Below, piece by piece: positions 9,566 to 20,730 of a stretch of DNA of 64,000 bases. The notes below the pieces were generated by a model that saw nothing but the letters and a program-made list of their open reading frames with translations, was not told the DNA's origin and made no database searches. The DNA is taken from positions 62,001 through 126,000 of the forward strand of contig CDRNVI010000008.1 in the NCBI GenBank assembly GCA_977017575.1, written 5' to 3'. The DNA comes from Paramoeba atlantica. Taxonomy: Eukaryota > Protista > Discosea. Numbering within the stretch: the stretch's first letter is position 1; the number at the start of each line of letters is the position of its first letter. Position numbers and translations under genes: made by a program.

Positions 9566-11752
9566 ATGAAAACATTCAAGGTGGCTGCGACTCCGACTGA
9601 TGCGATGACCCTTACCAACATTGTCTACGTTCCCCCTGGCGTCATTTCTGGTTTGAAAAGCCCCATGATCGAGGTATCTGGCTATGTGTTTCGTATTGCA
9701 GAAGACGCTCTAGTATCTCCCGGTCACGTAGCGTTTAACGCGCGACAACGAAATACCGCAAAACTCTCCACGGCAGGCGATTCCATTTCCCTCACCCCGT
9801 TTGATTCCTCACGTCTCTCACGCCTTAGTTTGGTGAAACTCGAGCTTGAGCTCTCGACGCGCCCGACCAGTATGACATCTCGTTTTGTGGTCGATGCCAC
9901 GGCATTAACAAACACACTGCATGAGCTACTTACCGGTCACCCCCTTACGGTGGGCCAGTGTCTTGTCACGGCCTTTGAGAATCGAAAGCTTGTGGCCACA
10001 GTTCGCTCATTGGAAGGAGAGAAATCTTTTACTGAATTCGCGGAAAGGCCCACACAGGGACTTGTGAAATCCGACACGGTTTTGCTGCTGACTCGAAATC
10101 AAAATCACCCAATCGCTCTGGAGAATTTCCCACAGGGATTGGAGCCGGAGAATGCCTCGGGACTTTTTCCAGATGGGTTCAGTTTTGATAAAACGGAAAT
10201 CGGGGGGCTTGCGCATGAGTTGGAAGAGATTTTTCGACGCGCATTCGAGTCCCGTCTCTATCCACAGAGTGTCATACGAAAGTTAAAGACTCGCCACGTG
10301 AAGGGGTTGCTGCTACACGGTCCCCCAGGGACTGGAAAAACTTTGATCGCTCGTCGACTGGCCTCCATGCTCGGTTGTACTAATCTTACTATCGTAAATG
10401 GTCCTGAACTGTTTGACAAATACGTCGGACAAACTGAATCGAACATCCGTTCGTTATTTTCTGCCGCGGAAGCGGAGCAAAAACAGCACGGCGAGGACTC
10501 CTCGCTCCATATTATTGTGTTTGACGAATTCGATGCTATGGTTAAAACCCGTGGTTCAACCAGAGATGGCACTGGCGTACATGACAGTGCGGTCAACCAG
10601 CTGCTGTCCAAAATTGATGGCCCCGAAGAACTTAACAACGTTCTTCTTATTGCAATGACAAATCGTAAAGACTTAATTGATGAAGCGATTTTACGTCCCG
10701 GACGATTTGAAGTTCATATTGAGATTGGCATTCCAGACGAGTCCGGACGTCTGGAAATTTTTCAAATTAAGACCAAGAGCATGGCTCGGAATGGGGTATT
10801 GCACTCGGATGTAGATCTTTCCTATCTTGCTAGCATCACAAAGAATTATACAGGGGCTGAAATCGAGGGTATCGTCAATAATGCTGCCTCCTTTGCCACG
10901 CACAGACACGTTGACATGGCTAATCCAACAAAATTCAAAAATCCTGATGACCTTCGTGTGACACAACGTGACTTTGAAAATGCCATTGAAACGTACATAC
11001 CTGCTCTAGGCGTGGCCGTAAATGAGTTGGATAATATCATTCGTCACGGGTTTTTAGACTACGGTGTACGATGGGAACGATTACTGGAGTCCTGCATGTC
11101 ATACGTACGGACATTAGAGCATGCCACTCGCTTACATTCTCTTTCAATACTCCTCGAGGGAGAAAATGGGACTGGAAAATCTTCTCTCGCAGCGTACATC
11201 TCAAAGCTCTCTCATTTTCCTTGTATCAAGTTACTATCACCTATAAACTTTGTGGGATACAGTGAGCTAGCCAAGTGCAACGCTATTCGACAAACTTTTG
11301 AAGATGCGGATCGTTCCCCATTGAGCGTCATTATATTGGACGACCTGGAAAGAATCATTGAATTTGTGCCTGTCGGAATGCGATTCTCTCATGCTGTGCT
11401 ACAAACCCTTCTTGTTCTCCTGAAGCGCTCCCCTTCAAAGGATCACAAGCTCCTAATTATTGGTACCACTTCACACCGTGACTTACTGCATCAACTGGAA
11501 CTTGCTCAAAGTTTTGATGCCACATGCGATGTAGAGCCACTACAAAAAGAAGAAGTGAAAACCTTATGGACTCAGCTCAATGTGCGATTCTTGTCCCAAG
11601 CAGAAAGAGAGCACGCGGAGCAACTCCTGCCCGCAGAAATTCCTCTCAAAAAACTTTTGCTACTTGTCGAACGAGCGCGCTCCTTAGTAAAAGATGGCAC
11701 ATCAGACACTCTTCTATTGAAAGCCGAAAATTTCGCGGCCGCGCTGAGGTGA
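9566..11752 (+). CDS. NSF: Vesicle-fusing ATPase NSF/Sec18
   Basis: N-domain plus two AAA domains: GLLLHGPPGTGKT, HIIVFDEFDA, VNQLLSKIDG, MTNRKDLIDEAILRPGRFEV, GENGTGKS. Confidence 0.95.
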   Translation: MKTFKVAATPTDAMTLTNIVYVPPGVISGLKSPMIEVSGYVFRIAEDALVSPGHVAFNARQRNTAKLSTAGDSISLTPFDSSRLSRLSLVKLELELSTRPTSMTSRFVVDATALTNTLHELLTGHPLTVGQCLVTAFENRKLVATVRSLEGEKSFTEFAERPTQGLVKSDTVLLLTRNQNHPIALENFPQGLEPENASGLFPDGFSFDKTEIGGLAHELEEIFRRAFESRLYPQSVIRKLKTRHVKGLLLHGPPGTGKTLIARRLASMLGCTNLTIVNGPELFDKYVGQTESNIRSLFSAAEAEQKQHGEDSSLHIIVFDEFDAMVKTRGSTRDGTGVHDSAVNQLLSKIDGPEELNNVLLIAMTNRKDLIDEAILRPGRFEVHIEIGIPDESGRLEIFQIKTKSMARNGVLHSDVDLSYLASITKNYTGAEIEGIVNNAASFATHRHVDMANPTKFKNPDDLRVTQRDFENAIETYIPALGVAVNELDNIIRHGFLDYGVRWERLLESCMSYVRTLEHATRLHSLSILLEGENGTGKSSLAAYISKLSHFPCIKLLSPINFVGYSELAKCNAIRQTFEDADRSPLSVIILDDLERIIEFVPVGMRFSHAVLQTLLVLLKRSPSKDHKLLIIGTTSHRDLLHQLELAQSFDATCDVEPLQKEEVKTLWTQLNVRFLSQAEREHAEQLLPAEIPLKKLLLLVERARSLVKDGTSDTLLLKAENFAAALR

Positions 11753-11982
11753 TTGCTTGCTATAACTTTATTGCAGAATATTATGTACAAAGAGACCAGA
11801 AGCTAATCTACTTGATTAGGTTCCAAGGTGTTCTTTCTTTTTTTGCTTTCTTTGCTTAACTAGTTTGTTTTTATACTTCAAACCCGACGAGATGATACTG
11901 TAAAGCATAATCGAAGTGACAATGGATTAATACAAACCTCTTTAGTAAATGAACTTTTAAATAGCCTCTCACTTCTCACATA

Positions 11983-12147
11983 ATGTTTGGAAAGCCTCCT
12001 GAAGTACTTCCTGAACATATTTCAGAACGCAAATTTTGGCACCATTTGCATCGATTTCTTACGTTTGTTGCGGTTACATCAGCTCTTGGATCCTTCGTTA
12101 CTCATGCAAATCGTCAAGCGAGTACGGTGCTTCTCGCCAAAAAATAA
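11983..12147 (+). CDS. Putative 54-aa single-pass membrane microprotein (below the ORF-track cutoff)
   Basis: Hand translation gives MFGKPPEVLPEHISERKFWHHLHRFLTFVAVTSALGSFVTHANRQASTVLLAKK*; on the cluster strand in an otherwise empty intergenic gap. Confidence 0.45.
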   Translation: MFGKPPEVLPEHISERKFWHHLHRFLTFVAVTSALGSFVTHANRQASTVLLAKK

Positions 12148-12606
12148 TTTTGGGTCTTTTTGTTAATCACTCATAAACATTATGCTCAAAATCGAGTTTT
12201 TATCTTGTGTTTTTCGATTTTAATTTGTGGGGGAGGCATATTTGGCAAAAACTATTCTTGAACGAAAGGATTTCGGTGTTGAGGCGTTTGGTGAATTCAT
12301 ATCAGTTACGAAAATCTTTTTATCTTTTTCATGGCAATATCTTAATCGGTTAGTAATATCTGTATTCCTTTGAATGTCTGTATTCCTCGATGAAATAAAA
12401 ATATCATCTTTAATGCGTAACATATTACGAAACCTACATTATAAGCTTTCTTTATTCTAAATAAATTTCCAAATAAATCTTCAAGGTGCGCTTAAAATGA
12501 AAATATTATTCTGCACAACTCAACTTTCGCGTGTCTTTTTAATGAGGTCTAGGGACAAATACAAACAGGTTACCGCTCAGCAATCAACGTATCATGTTCA
12601 TGCGGT

Positions 12607-13347
12607 ATGAATTTAACGATTAGTAGATGTGACACGGCTCTTTTAGAGAAAAATAAAAAGGCTCTAAAATGCATGTGGTTAAAAATGTTTCAAGAATTGG
12701 GTGGCGCTCTTTCTAATAATAATCCTACTTCAAAAAGTGCGTTAGCAAAACTCAACAGTACGACCAATAAGGAATCGCCTGCAGAAATTTGGGAAGAATT
12801 TCTACGGATGGTTCGTGACCCGTTCTATCACATTTTTGTTGTTTCATCAGTAAATCCTTTTCGACACAAATCATCTCAGAAGTCAAGCAGTAGGGTCGCC
12901 CACGGCTTGGAAATCGTACGAAACGTCAAAGAAACTCATGATTTTGTTGCTTGCTGCATGACTACAGAGCTAGAAACAGCATATCCCATTATAACGATTT
13001 CGCGACATTCGCAAGATTTCAGACGTGAAAATAAAATTGAAAATGTAGTGGCCTCAGATTCAAAAAAGGGAAATTTGAATGTAAAGGAATGGGCATTCGG
13101 GATGCACGAAATGGATGTATCTCGTCCAGTTAGTACGTCTTTTCTTGTTGGAATTGAGCAAATTTGGGTAGATAAGAATCATCGTAGAAATGGAATCGCA
13201 TCGCAACTTCTGGACTACGTAAGATACCATAGGATATATGGATTTCCTCTTCCCAAGGGCAAGCTTTGCTTTCATCAACCGTCTACAACAGGAAGACTAC
13301 TGGCACAGTCTTATTTCGGATGTTGCGACTTTTTAGTTTATAGCTGA
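12607..13347 (+). CDS. ECO1: Cohesin acetyltransferase Eco1/ESCO-like
   Basis: C-terminal VGIEQIWVDKNHRRNGIASQLLD...LCFHQPSTTGRLLAQSY matches the Eco1 acetyltransferase domain. The in-frame upstream sequence reads SCSCGM, like the Eco1 zinc-finger start. Confidence 0.8.
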   Translation: MNLTISRCDTALLEKNKKALKCMWLKMFQELGGALSNNNPTSKSALAKLNSTTNKESPAEIWEEFLRMVRDPFYHIFVVSSVNPFRHKSSQKSSSRVAHGLEIVRNVKETHDFVACCMTTELETAYPIITISRHSQDFRRENKIENVVASDSKKGNLNVKEWAFGMHEMDVSRPVSTSFLVGIEQIWVDKNHRRNGIASQLLDYVRYHRIYGFPLPKGKLCFHQPSTTGRLLAQSYFGCCDFLVYS

Positions 13348-13840
13348 ACGAAGAAACAGTTTAGATAAAGCTTAAATTCGTTTGGATGTTCCTTAGTTGT
13401 CTCTGTTGACAACAGAGAGCACAACAGTTGTGTTGTTACCTAAATATATTTTTTGAATATTCATAAGGTTCATGGACAGTGAAGGCCTACTTTTAGTGTT
13501 AGACAGTGAACTTGGACAGTGTTGGACAGTGACTTTTACACCTGTAGTGTTGGACAGTGACGTCCAACTTTTACACTGCGACCCCCTTTTAATATGGGCA
13601 CCGAATATGCCTCCCTTTAAGTCATCATAATATGATGGACAAATCCAACCCGGCGCCTACGCCACATGTAGGAACCCAACATCAATCAATTAATATACCC
13701 CTGCGGGGTCGATGGGTAATTACCCATTAGCGGGTCTGTGCGGGTAAATTACCCGGGTCTGTGACCCAGTTACCCGCACCGACCCGGTCAAAAAATATTA
13801 AAGGCGCAAAGAACACACCCTGGAGTAAGTGGCTTGTAAG

Positions 13841-14406
13841 TTACAATAGCATCTTTGCTTTTGCGTCTGTGTGTTGTATTTCAAAGTCTCTGCATATTCC
13901 ACCGCATAATTCCTTCCAGCACGGTAATTGCATGTGATACAATTTACGCAGACTAGGTCGTCTAATCAGTGTTGTGTATGTTTCCCACAGGCCTTGTGTT
14001 TCGTGGAGTTGACGAGGCGGAAGATTTGTCGTATTACACAGTTTCTGTGAGATATGCGATTCCGATTGAACCTCTTTGGTTGAACAATTCGAATATTCCT
14101 CCAGCCGTCTTCTCCAGTATGGTCCCACGTGGGACTGCTTCTGAGGCCCCAGATGTACAAGGGCTTCCTGGGTGAACTTCTTCCAGATTCAACACTCCCT
14201 TAACTCTTGTTTTGCTTCCCTTAGGCCGGCCGCGTGAGCGCTTCGGGCCTGGGTTTTCCTCTATAACCAGCTCGGATTAATTCAACTTGTAGGGTATGCT
14301 TCGTCCAACCAAATTTTACATTGCGATCGCAAAAGGGAAGGAGACTACGGGTCGGGTAATCTTTATCAGATTCAAATCCGTGTTGTCGCTTGTTACCTCT
14401 GACCAT
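13841..14406 (-). pseudogene. Decayed ORF with 2A-like (IEENPGP) and AT-hook-like (RGRPK) motifs
   Basis: QVELIRAG, then a frameshift, then IEENPGPKRSRGRPKGSK, then one TGA, after which it continues in frame into ORF 13841..14128. Confidence 0.5.
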
Positions 14407-14596
14407 GGGACAGAAGAGTAATTAAGTGATTATTAAGAGGGGTGGACCGCCAAAATTACGATTACTTGGCGCACCCGGCCGCCCCCGACCGCACCCGCTA
14501 AAGCTAAGCTATTTCAATGGACGAAAACACTTGGCGAATTTTTCGACACCTGGGCGTCCGCTTTGAGTCCATATGGTCTGAACTTTTTTTAAAATT

Positions 14597-14944
14597 TTGA
14601 CATATTGCTTTCCTCCCAAACTCCTGAAGAACCTTCAGTGCCCTGGCTGCAACATCGTTCTCGACTCAAACAACATACTAATTCTCATTCCAGGATGTGT
14701 GCGATGCACCGGACTAAATGCATCCTCCAAACATAATGCAATGTTACGGTTCCTTTACAATCTATGCATCAAAGCGGTAATTCCGTGTGAGAAAAAGCCG
14801 CGCTCGGTCAGCTCATGGACATGCTTATCCTGTCAAAACGTTGTTGATCAGCACAATCAACAATGACACAACAAGGTCTGCGGCGGGAAACATCTCCATC
14901 GTTCAGGCCCCGATCTGGTAGTTTATTGGAACACGATAAGATAA
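14597..14944 (+). pseudogene. 3' fragment of a CRE/SLACS-like non-LTR retrotransposon (zinc knuckle and start of RLE endonuclease)
   Basis: CPGC...IPGCVRCTGLNASSKHNAMLRFL...IPCEKKPR, then CLSC...*HNKVCGGKHLHRSGPDLVVYW in the same frame. Truncated at the PD motif and followed by (GATAA)3. Confidence 0.6.
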
Positions 14945-16293
14945 GATAAGATATCCCGTTTGGCCAACTAGGGCTATGGGATCGTAGCAGGATTTTCCGT
15001 TACAGAGAAACCTCTACGTCGGTCTGAGTCTCTTTTTAAGTGGGGCTGAGCAACCCCTCCGTTTCCTGAAGAGTACGGGCGTCAGAATCTCACCACCGAG
15101 AATTCATCAAGGGACGTAGAGTGAGGACGCACTCATTCACTAGCGATCCCGGAGTGACGACCAGTGCCCTGAACGGGCCTAGTTATTTAGCGCTTTGTTT
15201 TTCTAGCGCCGGCCTTAGCTCGGGAGGCTGGGATCGCTGTTCCATTATCCGATGTGAATCGGACGCCGTGACCTATATCGCGGACATAGCCCTTCATATG
15301 GTAAAAAAGTAAACCGTTCAGCCATTTCATCACACTGGGAGGTCCCGATCGCCAGTGCGTCAACCAGGAAACAACGTTTTTGTTATCCGAAATCAGAGTA
15401 CTACCAATACGATCCAAAACAAAGATGTACTTTATTTCCCCATGAAACGGTCCAAAAAACAGATGTTTATGTATCTTTATAAGACGACGAGTCAGTGCGG
15501 GTCGGTGCGGGTAACTGGGTCGCCGACCCGGGTAATTACCCATTTACCCGGCAGGGGTATGAATTAATCAACACCGGAAAAGTTTTTCAGAGGGGTGACT
15601 CCTGCCCGGGCGCTCCCAGGCGCTCCCAGTAAACTTCTACGGAGATCCGACTTGGTGAAATAATTTTCGCAAAGAGGTCCGGAATCCTCAATGTCCCTTG
15701 AATGGAACATGCTGGACTAGCATGACAAAGAGTTAGAAAGGGACACCGGCGTTGGGCTGTCGTCGGTGATGAGGCGTGGCGACCCCAGCCTTCCGAAATA
15801 AGGAATTCCAGCTAGCTGCAGGGATTCGTCCATTCCTATTCCTGTTTAACCCTTATTCACGGAATCGTTAACCGCGTTCCGGGGTTGTAAGGCGGCGTGG
15901 TAAGTACATCGCCGGGAATACGTTATTAGCACCACCTTTTCCCGTGTGCTAACCTATATCCTCGGTGGAGGTGGAACTACACTCGTGCAAGCTGTGGTCC
16001 AATCCCACTCCATCTCCGGAGAGGCGGAGCCGTAAAACACTTCGTTTCTCCAGCCAGGACCGTCCCAAATCTTTTGACAAGGTTTACAAATTTTACCCCC
16101 CCCACTCTTAATTTTGTGCACCCCCCTGTATAGGGTTGATCATGCGTTTTTGGAACGGTTCTCCAGTCTATTATGAAATATACATTATCACAGCTCCATA
16201 AACACGCTAGATACCGATCACAAGCCCGGCGTTCTCGTGAAAACGAGAAAGTGTGAGGGAAGAGTGCAAAAAAAACGCAATATTAAACCAATA

Positions 16294-17003
16294 ATTATCA
16301 CCACCTACGTAAACACGCTAGATACCGGTTCCACGCCCGGCGTCGCTTCGTTGATACCTAGTATCATTGAAGCGAAGTTTGAGGAATATAGGTGGACCCA
16401 TTGAGCGGAGAACCGCTATACGACGCAAACTTTAAGTTTACGCATTGAAAGAATGGAAGGAAAGAAAGAAAGACACGGAAAGCAAGGAAGCAAGGGAGAG
16501 AAAGAATAAAAGAAGGAAGGAAGGAAGGAAGGAACCAAGTAAAGAAAGCATAGAGAAATGAATGACTGAAAGAGCGAAGGAAAGAAAAAATGAAGAAATG
16601 AATGAATGAAAGTAAGAGAGAAAGAAAGAAAGAAAGGAGGGGAGAGATAGATAGCAAAGGATGGAGACAGTGAGAAAGAACGAAAGAGAAAGAAGCGAGC
16701 AAAGGAAAGAATGTGGCGGAAAGCGAGAAAGCAATGGAGAGAATGAATGGATGAATGCAAGAGCGAAGAAAAGAAAAAATAAGAAACGAATGACTGAAAG
16801 AATGATAGAGAGAAAGAGAAATAAAGAAGGAGAAAGAAGGAAAAAGAAAGAGAAAGAAAGAAAGAAGGTGAAAGAAAGAAAGAAGGTGAAAGAAAGAAAG
16901 AAGGAGAAAGAAAGAAGGAGAAAGAAAGAAGGAGAAAGAAGGAAAGAAAGAAAGAAGGAGAAAGAAAGAAAGAAACAGAGAGGGAGAGAGAGGAGAAGCA
17001 AGG

Positions 17004-17036
<33 letters not shown>

Positions 17037-17112
17037 TCAACAGCCCCAAAGGCATGCCTGTCACCCACCGGCCTGGAACCAGTATCTAGGTGCATACGTA
17101 GGTGGTGATAAT
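16294..17112. repeat. GA-rich low-complexity tract (~16450-17035) enclosed by ~44-bp inverted repeats
   Basis: ATTATCACCACCTACGTAAACACGCTAGATACCGGTTCC at 16294 versus the reverse complement of 17070-17112, ATTATCACCACCTACGTATGCACCTAGATACTGGTTCC. Interior is (GAAA/GAAG/GA)n. Confidence 0.8.
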
Positions 17113-17194
17113 GTGAGGGTTGGTAGTCCTAATCTGGGCTTACCCAGAGAGGGTCCACCAACCCGTCATTATCACGGCGCAGTAGACACGCCAT

Positions 17195-17490
17195 GGCAGG
17201 CCTTTCAATTCAACTGATTCTACCCGGGAGAGAAACTCGTTTGTCCGGTCCTTTAGCTCTGGCTTCGTTTTTCCGAGTAGAATATAGTTATCCACCCATG
17301 CCATGCCTAAATCTCTCACGATGCGATTTGAAACTCTTTGTGCTATCGCCGGCGCCCATGACCATCCCATGGGCATAGACGTAAACTGTACAGTGTCCGT
17401 TTTTCCCCTTGCATTACCCAGAACAGCACCAAAGTAAGGCCGTATCTTTGCGGCCAATGGAAATTGATAAAAAAAGCTTTTTGCTCAACG
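17195..17490 (-). pseudogene. Reverse transcriptase fragment of a tyrosine-recombinase retrotransposon (TATE/VIPER/DIRS-like)
   Basis: In frame: AKSFFYQFPL (motif A, Asp lost), MPMGWSWAPAIAQ (motif B), MAWVDNYILLG (motif C with WVDN). Confidence 0.75.
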
Positions 17491-17781
17491 AGTAACTACG
17501 ACTCAATGTCACTGGTCATTTAGGGTTCCACTAATTTACGCATCATCTAAGATGCAGGGATACCACACTTACAAAAGGTATGGCGGATCTAAAACGTAAT
17601 AATAAAAGCGAGTCAGAGTCCACACGTGGAACTGTGGTCATCCAGACCGACACTGTATCCAACTACCGTCACACGCTCCATGGCAATTCCACGAGAGGCA
17701 GTACCCTTGATGGGAGCGGTCATATTCTGTATCAAACGACATATTCTCTATCAAATCAACGTGACTGATTCAACGCTACAT

Positions 17782-18160
17782 GCGGATCTACACTCCATGC
17801 GAGCGGTTCGACGCCGTATCAAACAGCGGATCTACGCTCCATCAAATCAGCATGAGTGACTCCACGCTGCTAAAACAGCGGATCTACACTACATGCGAGC
17901 GGTTCGACGCTGTATCAAACAGCGGATCTACGCTCCTGTAAATTGGCAAGAGTGGCTCGACGCTGCTAGAACAGCGGCTCCACACTCCATGCGAGCGGTT
18001 CGACGCTGTATCAAACAGCGGATCTACACTCTATGCGAGCGGCTCCACGCTGTATCAAACAGCGGATCTACGCTCCTATAAATCAGCATGAGTGGCTCGA
18101 AGCTGCAGGAGCAGCGGATCTACACTCCATGCGAGCGGTTCGACGCCGTATCAAACAGCG
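17782..18160. repeat. Higher-order tandem repeat of alternating ~44-bp and ~52-bp units
   Basis: Both units start GCGGATCTAC. Unit A continues ACTCCATGCGAGCGGTTCGACGC(C/T)GTATCAAACA; unit B continues GCTCC...AAAT...GCATGAGTG...ACGCTGCTA...ACA. Confidence 0.85.
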
Positions 18161-18185
18161 GGGCTCGCGCGACCAGGAGGGGAAG

Positions 18186-18256
18186 CTAAGTAGGAGGGGA
18201 AGGTGGTAGTTGTGGGGTATGGAGGCCTCTCGCAACTCCGGGGCCTCACCGGGTGC
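18186..18256 (-). repeat. Inverted partial copy of the 175-bp repeat at 20851/21141
   Basis: Reverse complement reads CCGGTGAGGCCCCGGAGTTGCGAGAGGCCTCCATACCCCACAACTACCACCTTCCCC. Confidence 0.9.
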
Positions 18257-18291
18257 AGGACAGAAGTGCGAGGGCTTTAATTTCAATGGTT

Positions 18292-18390
18292 CCTGACTTA
18301 TGCAATATTTCCTGACCTATGCAATATTCCTTGACTTATGCAATATTCCTTGACTTATGCAATATTCCTTGACTAATGCAATAAGTCAGG
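18292..18390. repeat. 19-bp minisatellite bracketed by short inverted repeats
   Basis: About 4.5 copies of TTATGCAATATTCCTTGAC; starts CCTGACTTAT and ends ATAAGTCAGG. Confidence 0.85.
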
Positions 18391-19223
18391 TCGGTCGGGA
18401 AGTGGAATGCAAGTTTCTAGCTCCGGAGCTTCCATTCGAAGTCTTTCTACATGTCTTTCTGTATGTAGTGTGGCCCCGATTCCCTCGACGTTCTAAGGAT
18501 ACCCCGTAAGGACCCGTAGACCACTAACGTCTTGTCCTCGCCACACCCATCGTCGGAAAGTGAATGTTCCGAAGATTTATTTCTATTATAGCAACCATGG
18601 TACCCCCTGGAAAACCGTTCTATTTTTTACGATCAACCCTATAGACTATAGGGTAAGTAAATAAAGTACTATAAAAGTACTTTAATTACTTTATTTTACT
18701 ATAAAACTTTAAACAACTTTATTTCTCTTCAAAAGAAACGGAATACCGCTCCCCAGTAGAACAGTGGACCTTACTGACGGGTGGCGTGGTGAGGAAGATC
18801 AGAAAACTAGGAGACTTCATCAAACGTTTCTGAAAAAGCCTGCTGAAAATTGAAGAAGGTGAAGTGTGTGAAGCAGAAGACGGCGGAGAATGTGGAGTAA
18901 GGACTGGGTGGAGGAGACAGTACCGTAAACATCACAGGAAGAAGATAGACATGATCGAAATTTTCTTTGCTCTTTAGAAAGTTCAAATTGGAAAGATAAT
19001 GAAATTTGGGGTGTCATAGCCTGTTTAAGATATTGTTCGTTCAATATACAGATATATATTCCTATTCACTCATTCCATTCTACAATACGTCCGAGATGAA
19101 TTTGTCAATCGGAAATGTATCAACATAGTACGTGTAAAGGATGAAATGATGTTCGTGAAGTCTGATGCCCCGTATAGAATAAAAATGTTAAAATTAAAAA
19201 CGTATTTGTATGAATGAATCTAG

Positions 19224-20169
19224 ATGAGAGTGTGGAAAACTCATCGCGAAGCAATACTAAAAGCCGCCCGCACATACATCAAGCGACCTGCCACCGAATA
19301 TCCTTGGGTGGAGCATCCAAATACACGGCCCCAATCTGAACTACATTCCCAGGAAGATCATGGAGCGTTACTAAACTCCCATGAAGACACATGTGAATCC
19401 AAGAATACGTGTGAAACCAAGAAACCGGAATATAAGTGTGCCAGATTCTCCGAGCTCTACTGCAGACCTGGACACAGAGTGGCGAAAGTATCGGCGACCG
19501 AAATGTTGTCTTCCAACACATGCTGTTGATCAAATATGCGAAAATGTCATGAGGACATATCGCATGTTACCCGATGCCGACAAAAACATGCCGTTTCTCG
19601 ATACAGGCAAAACACGGCTCTTACTTGGTCAAGGTCGCCAGCCCAAGAAATACATTACATCAGTGCGCCGTGTGGTTTCTATTTTACTGTTTAATGGTCA
19701 CTACGTCCTTGTAGATTATCACCGTTGTGGTATGACTGTTTACGATAGTTACCAAACGTATTCCCCTCATGCTCGCGGAGATTTCCTCAATAGTTTCGCT
19801 TCACACCTTCGGCAGATTGTAGGGACATCTGCAATCATAGAACGCACTAAATATGCCTCCGTTCCACAGCAGTCACCCATGTCCAACGAATGTGCCCTCC
19901 ACGTCATTAACAACTTATGTGCTCTACTTTTTTAAGGCAAAGTAGAGAACACACTGACCAGGAAGAATCTCTCAAAAAGTTGGACCCCTCATCACTCCGG
20001 CTTTCCAAACTCATCTCCTGAAAGTATCTCTGTTCTTGAAGACGCAGAGGAAGAAGAAGACGAAGACTACAACATCGTTCTTAAGCTGCTGAAAGATGGC
20101 GACTTAGGAGATACCACAGCGGAAGGGTGGGAAAAGATGGAAATTTTCCCCGATAATGTTGAACTGTAA
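19224..20169 (+). pseudogene. Ulp1/SENP-like (peptidase C48-type) cysteine protease, disrupted
   Basis: ORF 19381..19935 has ILLFNGHYVLVD (H), TVYDS (D) and VPQQSPMSNECALHV (Q, C). There is a frameshift near 19380 and a TAA at 19933-19935 followed by 77 further in-frame codons. Confidence 0.7.
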
Positions 20170-20730
20170 ATCTTTATGGGCAGGTTAAATACATGTATTT
20201 CCTATTCGAGTTATATAGTTACTTCTAGTATACGTCCACAGCTCCGTTTTTTTGCTGTTTCTGTTGTCTACGTATCTGAGAGTTTCTGTGGTTTTTCTCA
20301 GTGTCGATTCAAGTACGCGGAACTAATTCACAAATATTGCATTTATGACCGCCCATGATAAAATACGATTTTCAGCTAAGATAGTGAAAATATCATAGTA
20401 TGATATACATATATTTTATTTAATAATCGTACTTAACTAGACAATTAACTCTTTGACATTGTATCATCTTTCATAATGTTTTTCTTTTAATTGCTCTGCT
20501 ACTTAAATGCCTTTATGTCAGTCACCCAACCCAGCCCCCCCCCCCTGTCAGACCTTCACTCCTCAACATCCCATCATCGCATTATTCTCCAGGGGGTCTA
20601 CTTTTTCTTCTGTTCCAGAGATTCCTTTTGTTCGCCTTTCTCGAAAAAGAGGGCCGCCGCGAAGCGGCGCAATTTTTTTTTTTAATTGTATTTTATCGGA
20701 TAAGAAATAGCGTCATTTTCTGCGCCATGG

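Larger units (their letters stand above)
13695..15560. mobile_element. Non-autonomous TIR element with ACCCG/CGGGT subterminal repeats carrying retroelement fragments
   Basis: Ends ATACCCCTGC(G/C)GGGT(CG/AA)ATGGGTAATTACCC are inverted, plus an inner inverted block GACCCAGTTACCCGCACCGACCCG. Flanks CAATTAAT and GAATTAAT give a 7/8 match to an 8-bp TSD. Confidence 0.7.

Noticed and set aside
15775-15850. Hammerhead-like GTGATGAG...CGAAA
   Set aside because: The core has G instead of C3 and stem I cannot form.
16364-17095. Long K/E/R-rich and F/L/S-rich ORFs
   Set aside because: Artefacts of a purine-rich microsatellite that lacks stop codons.
17782-18160. Alternating repeats as a CRISPR array
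   Set aside because: The intervening units are themselves repeated, so this is a satellite.
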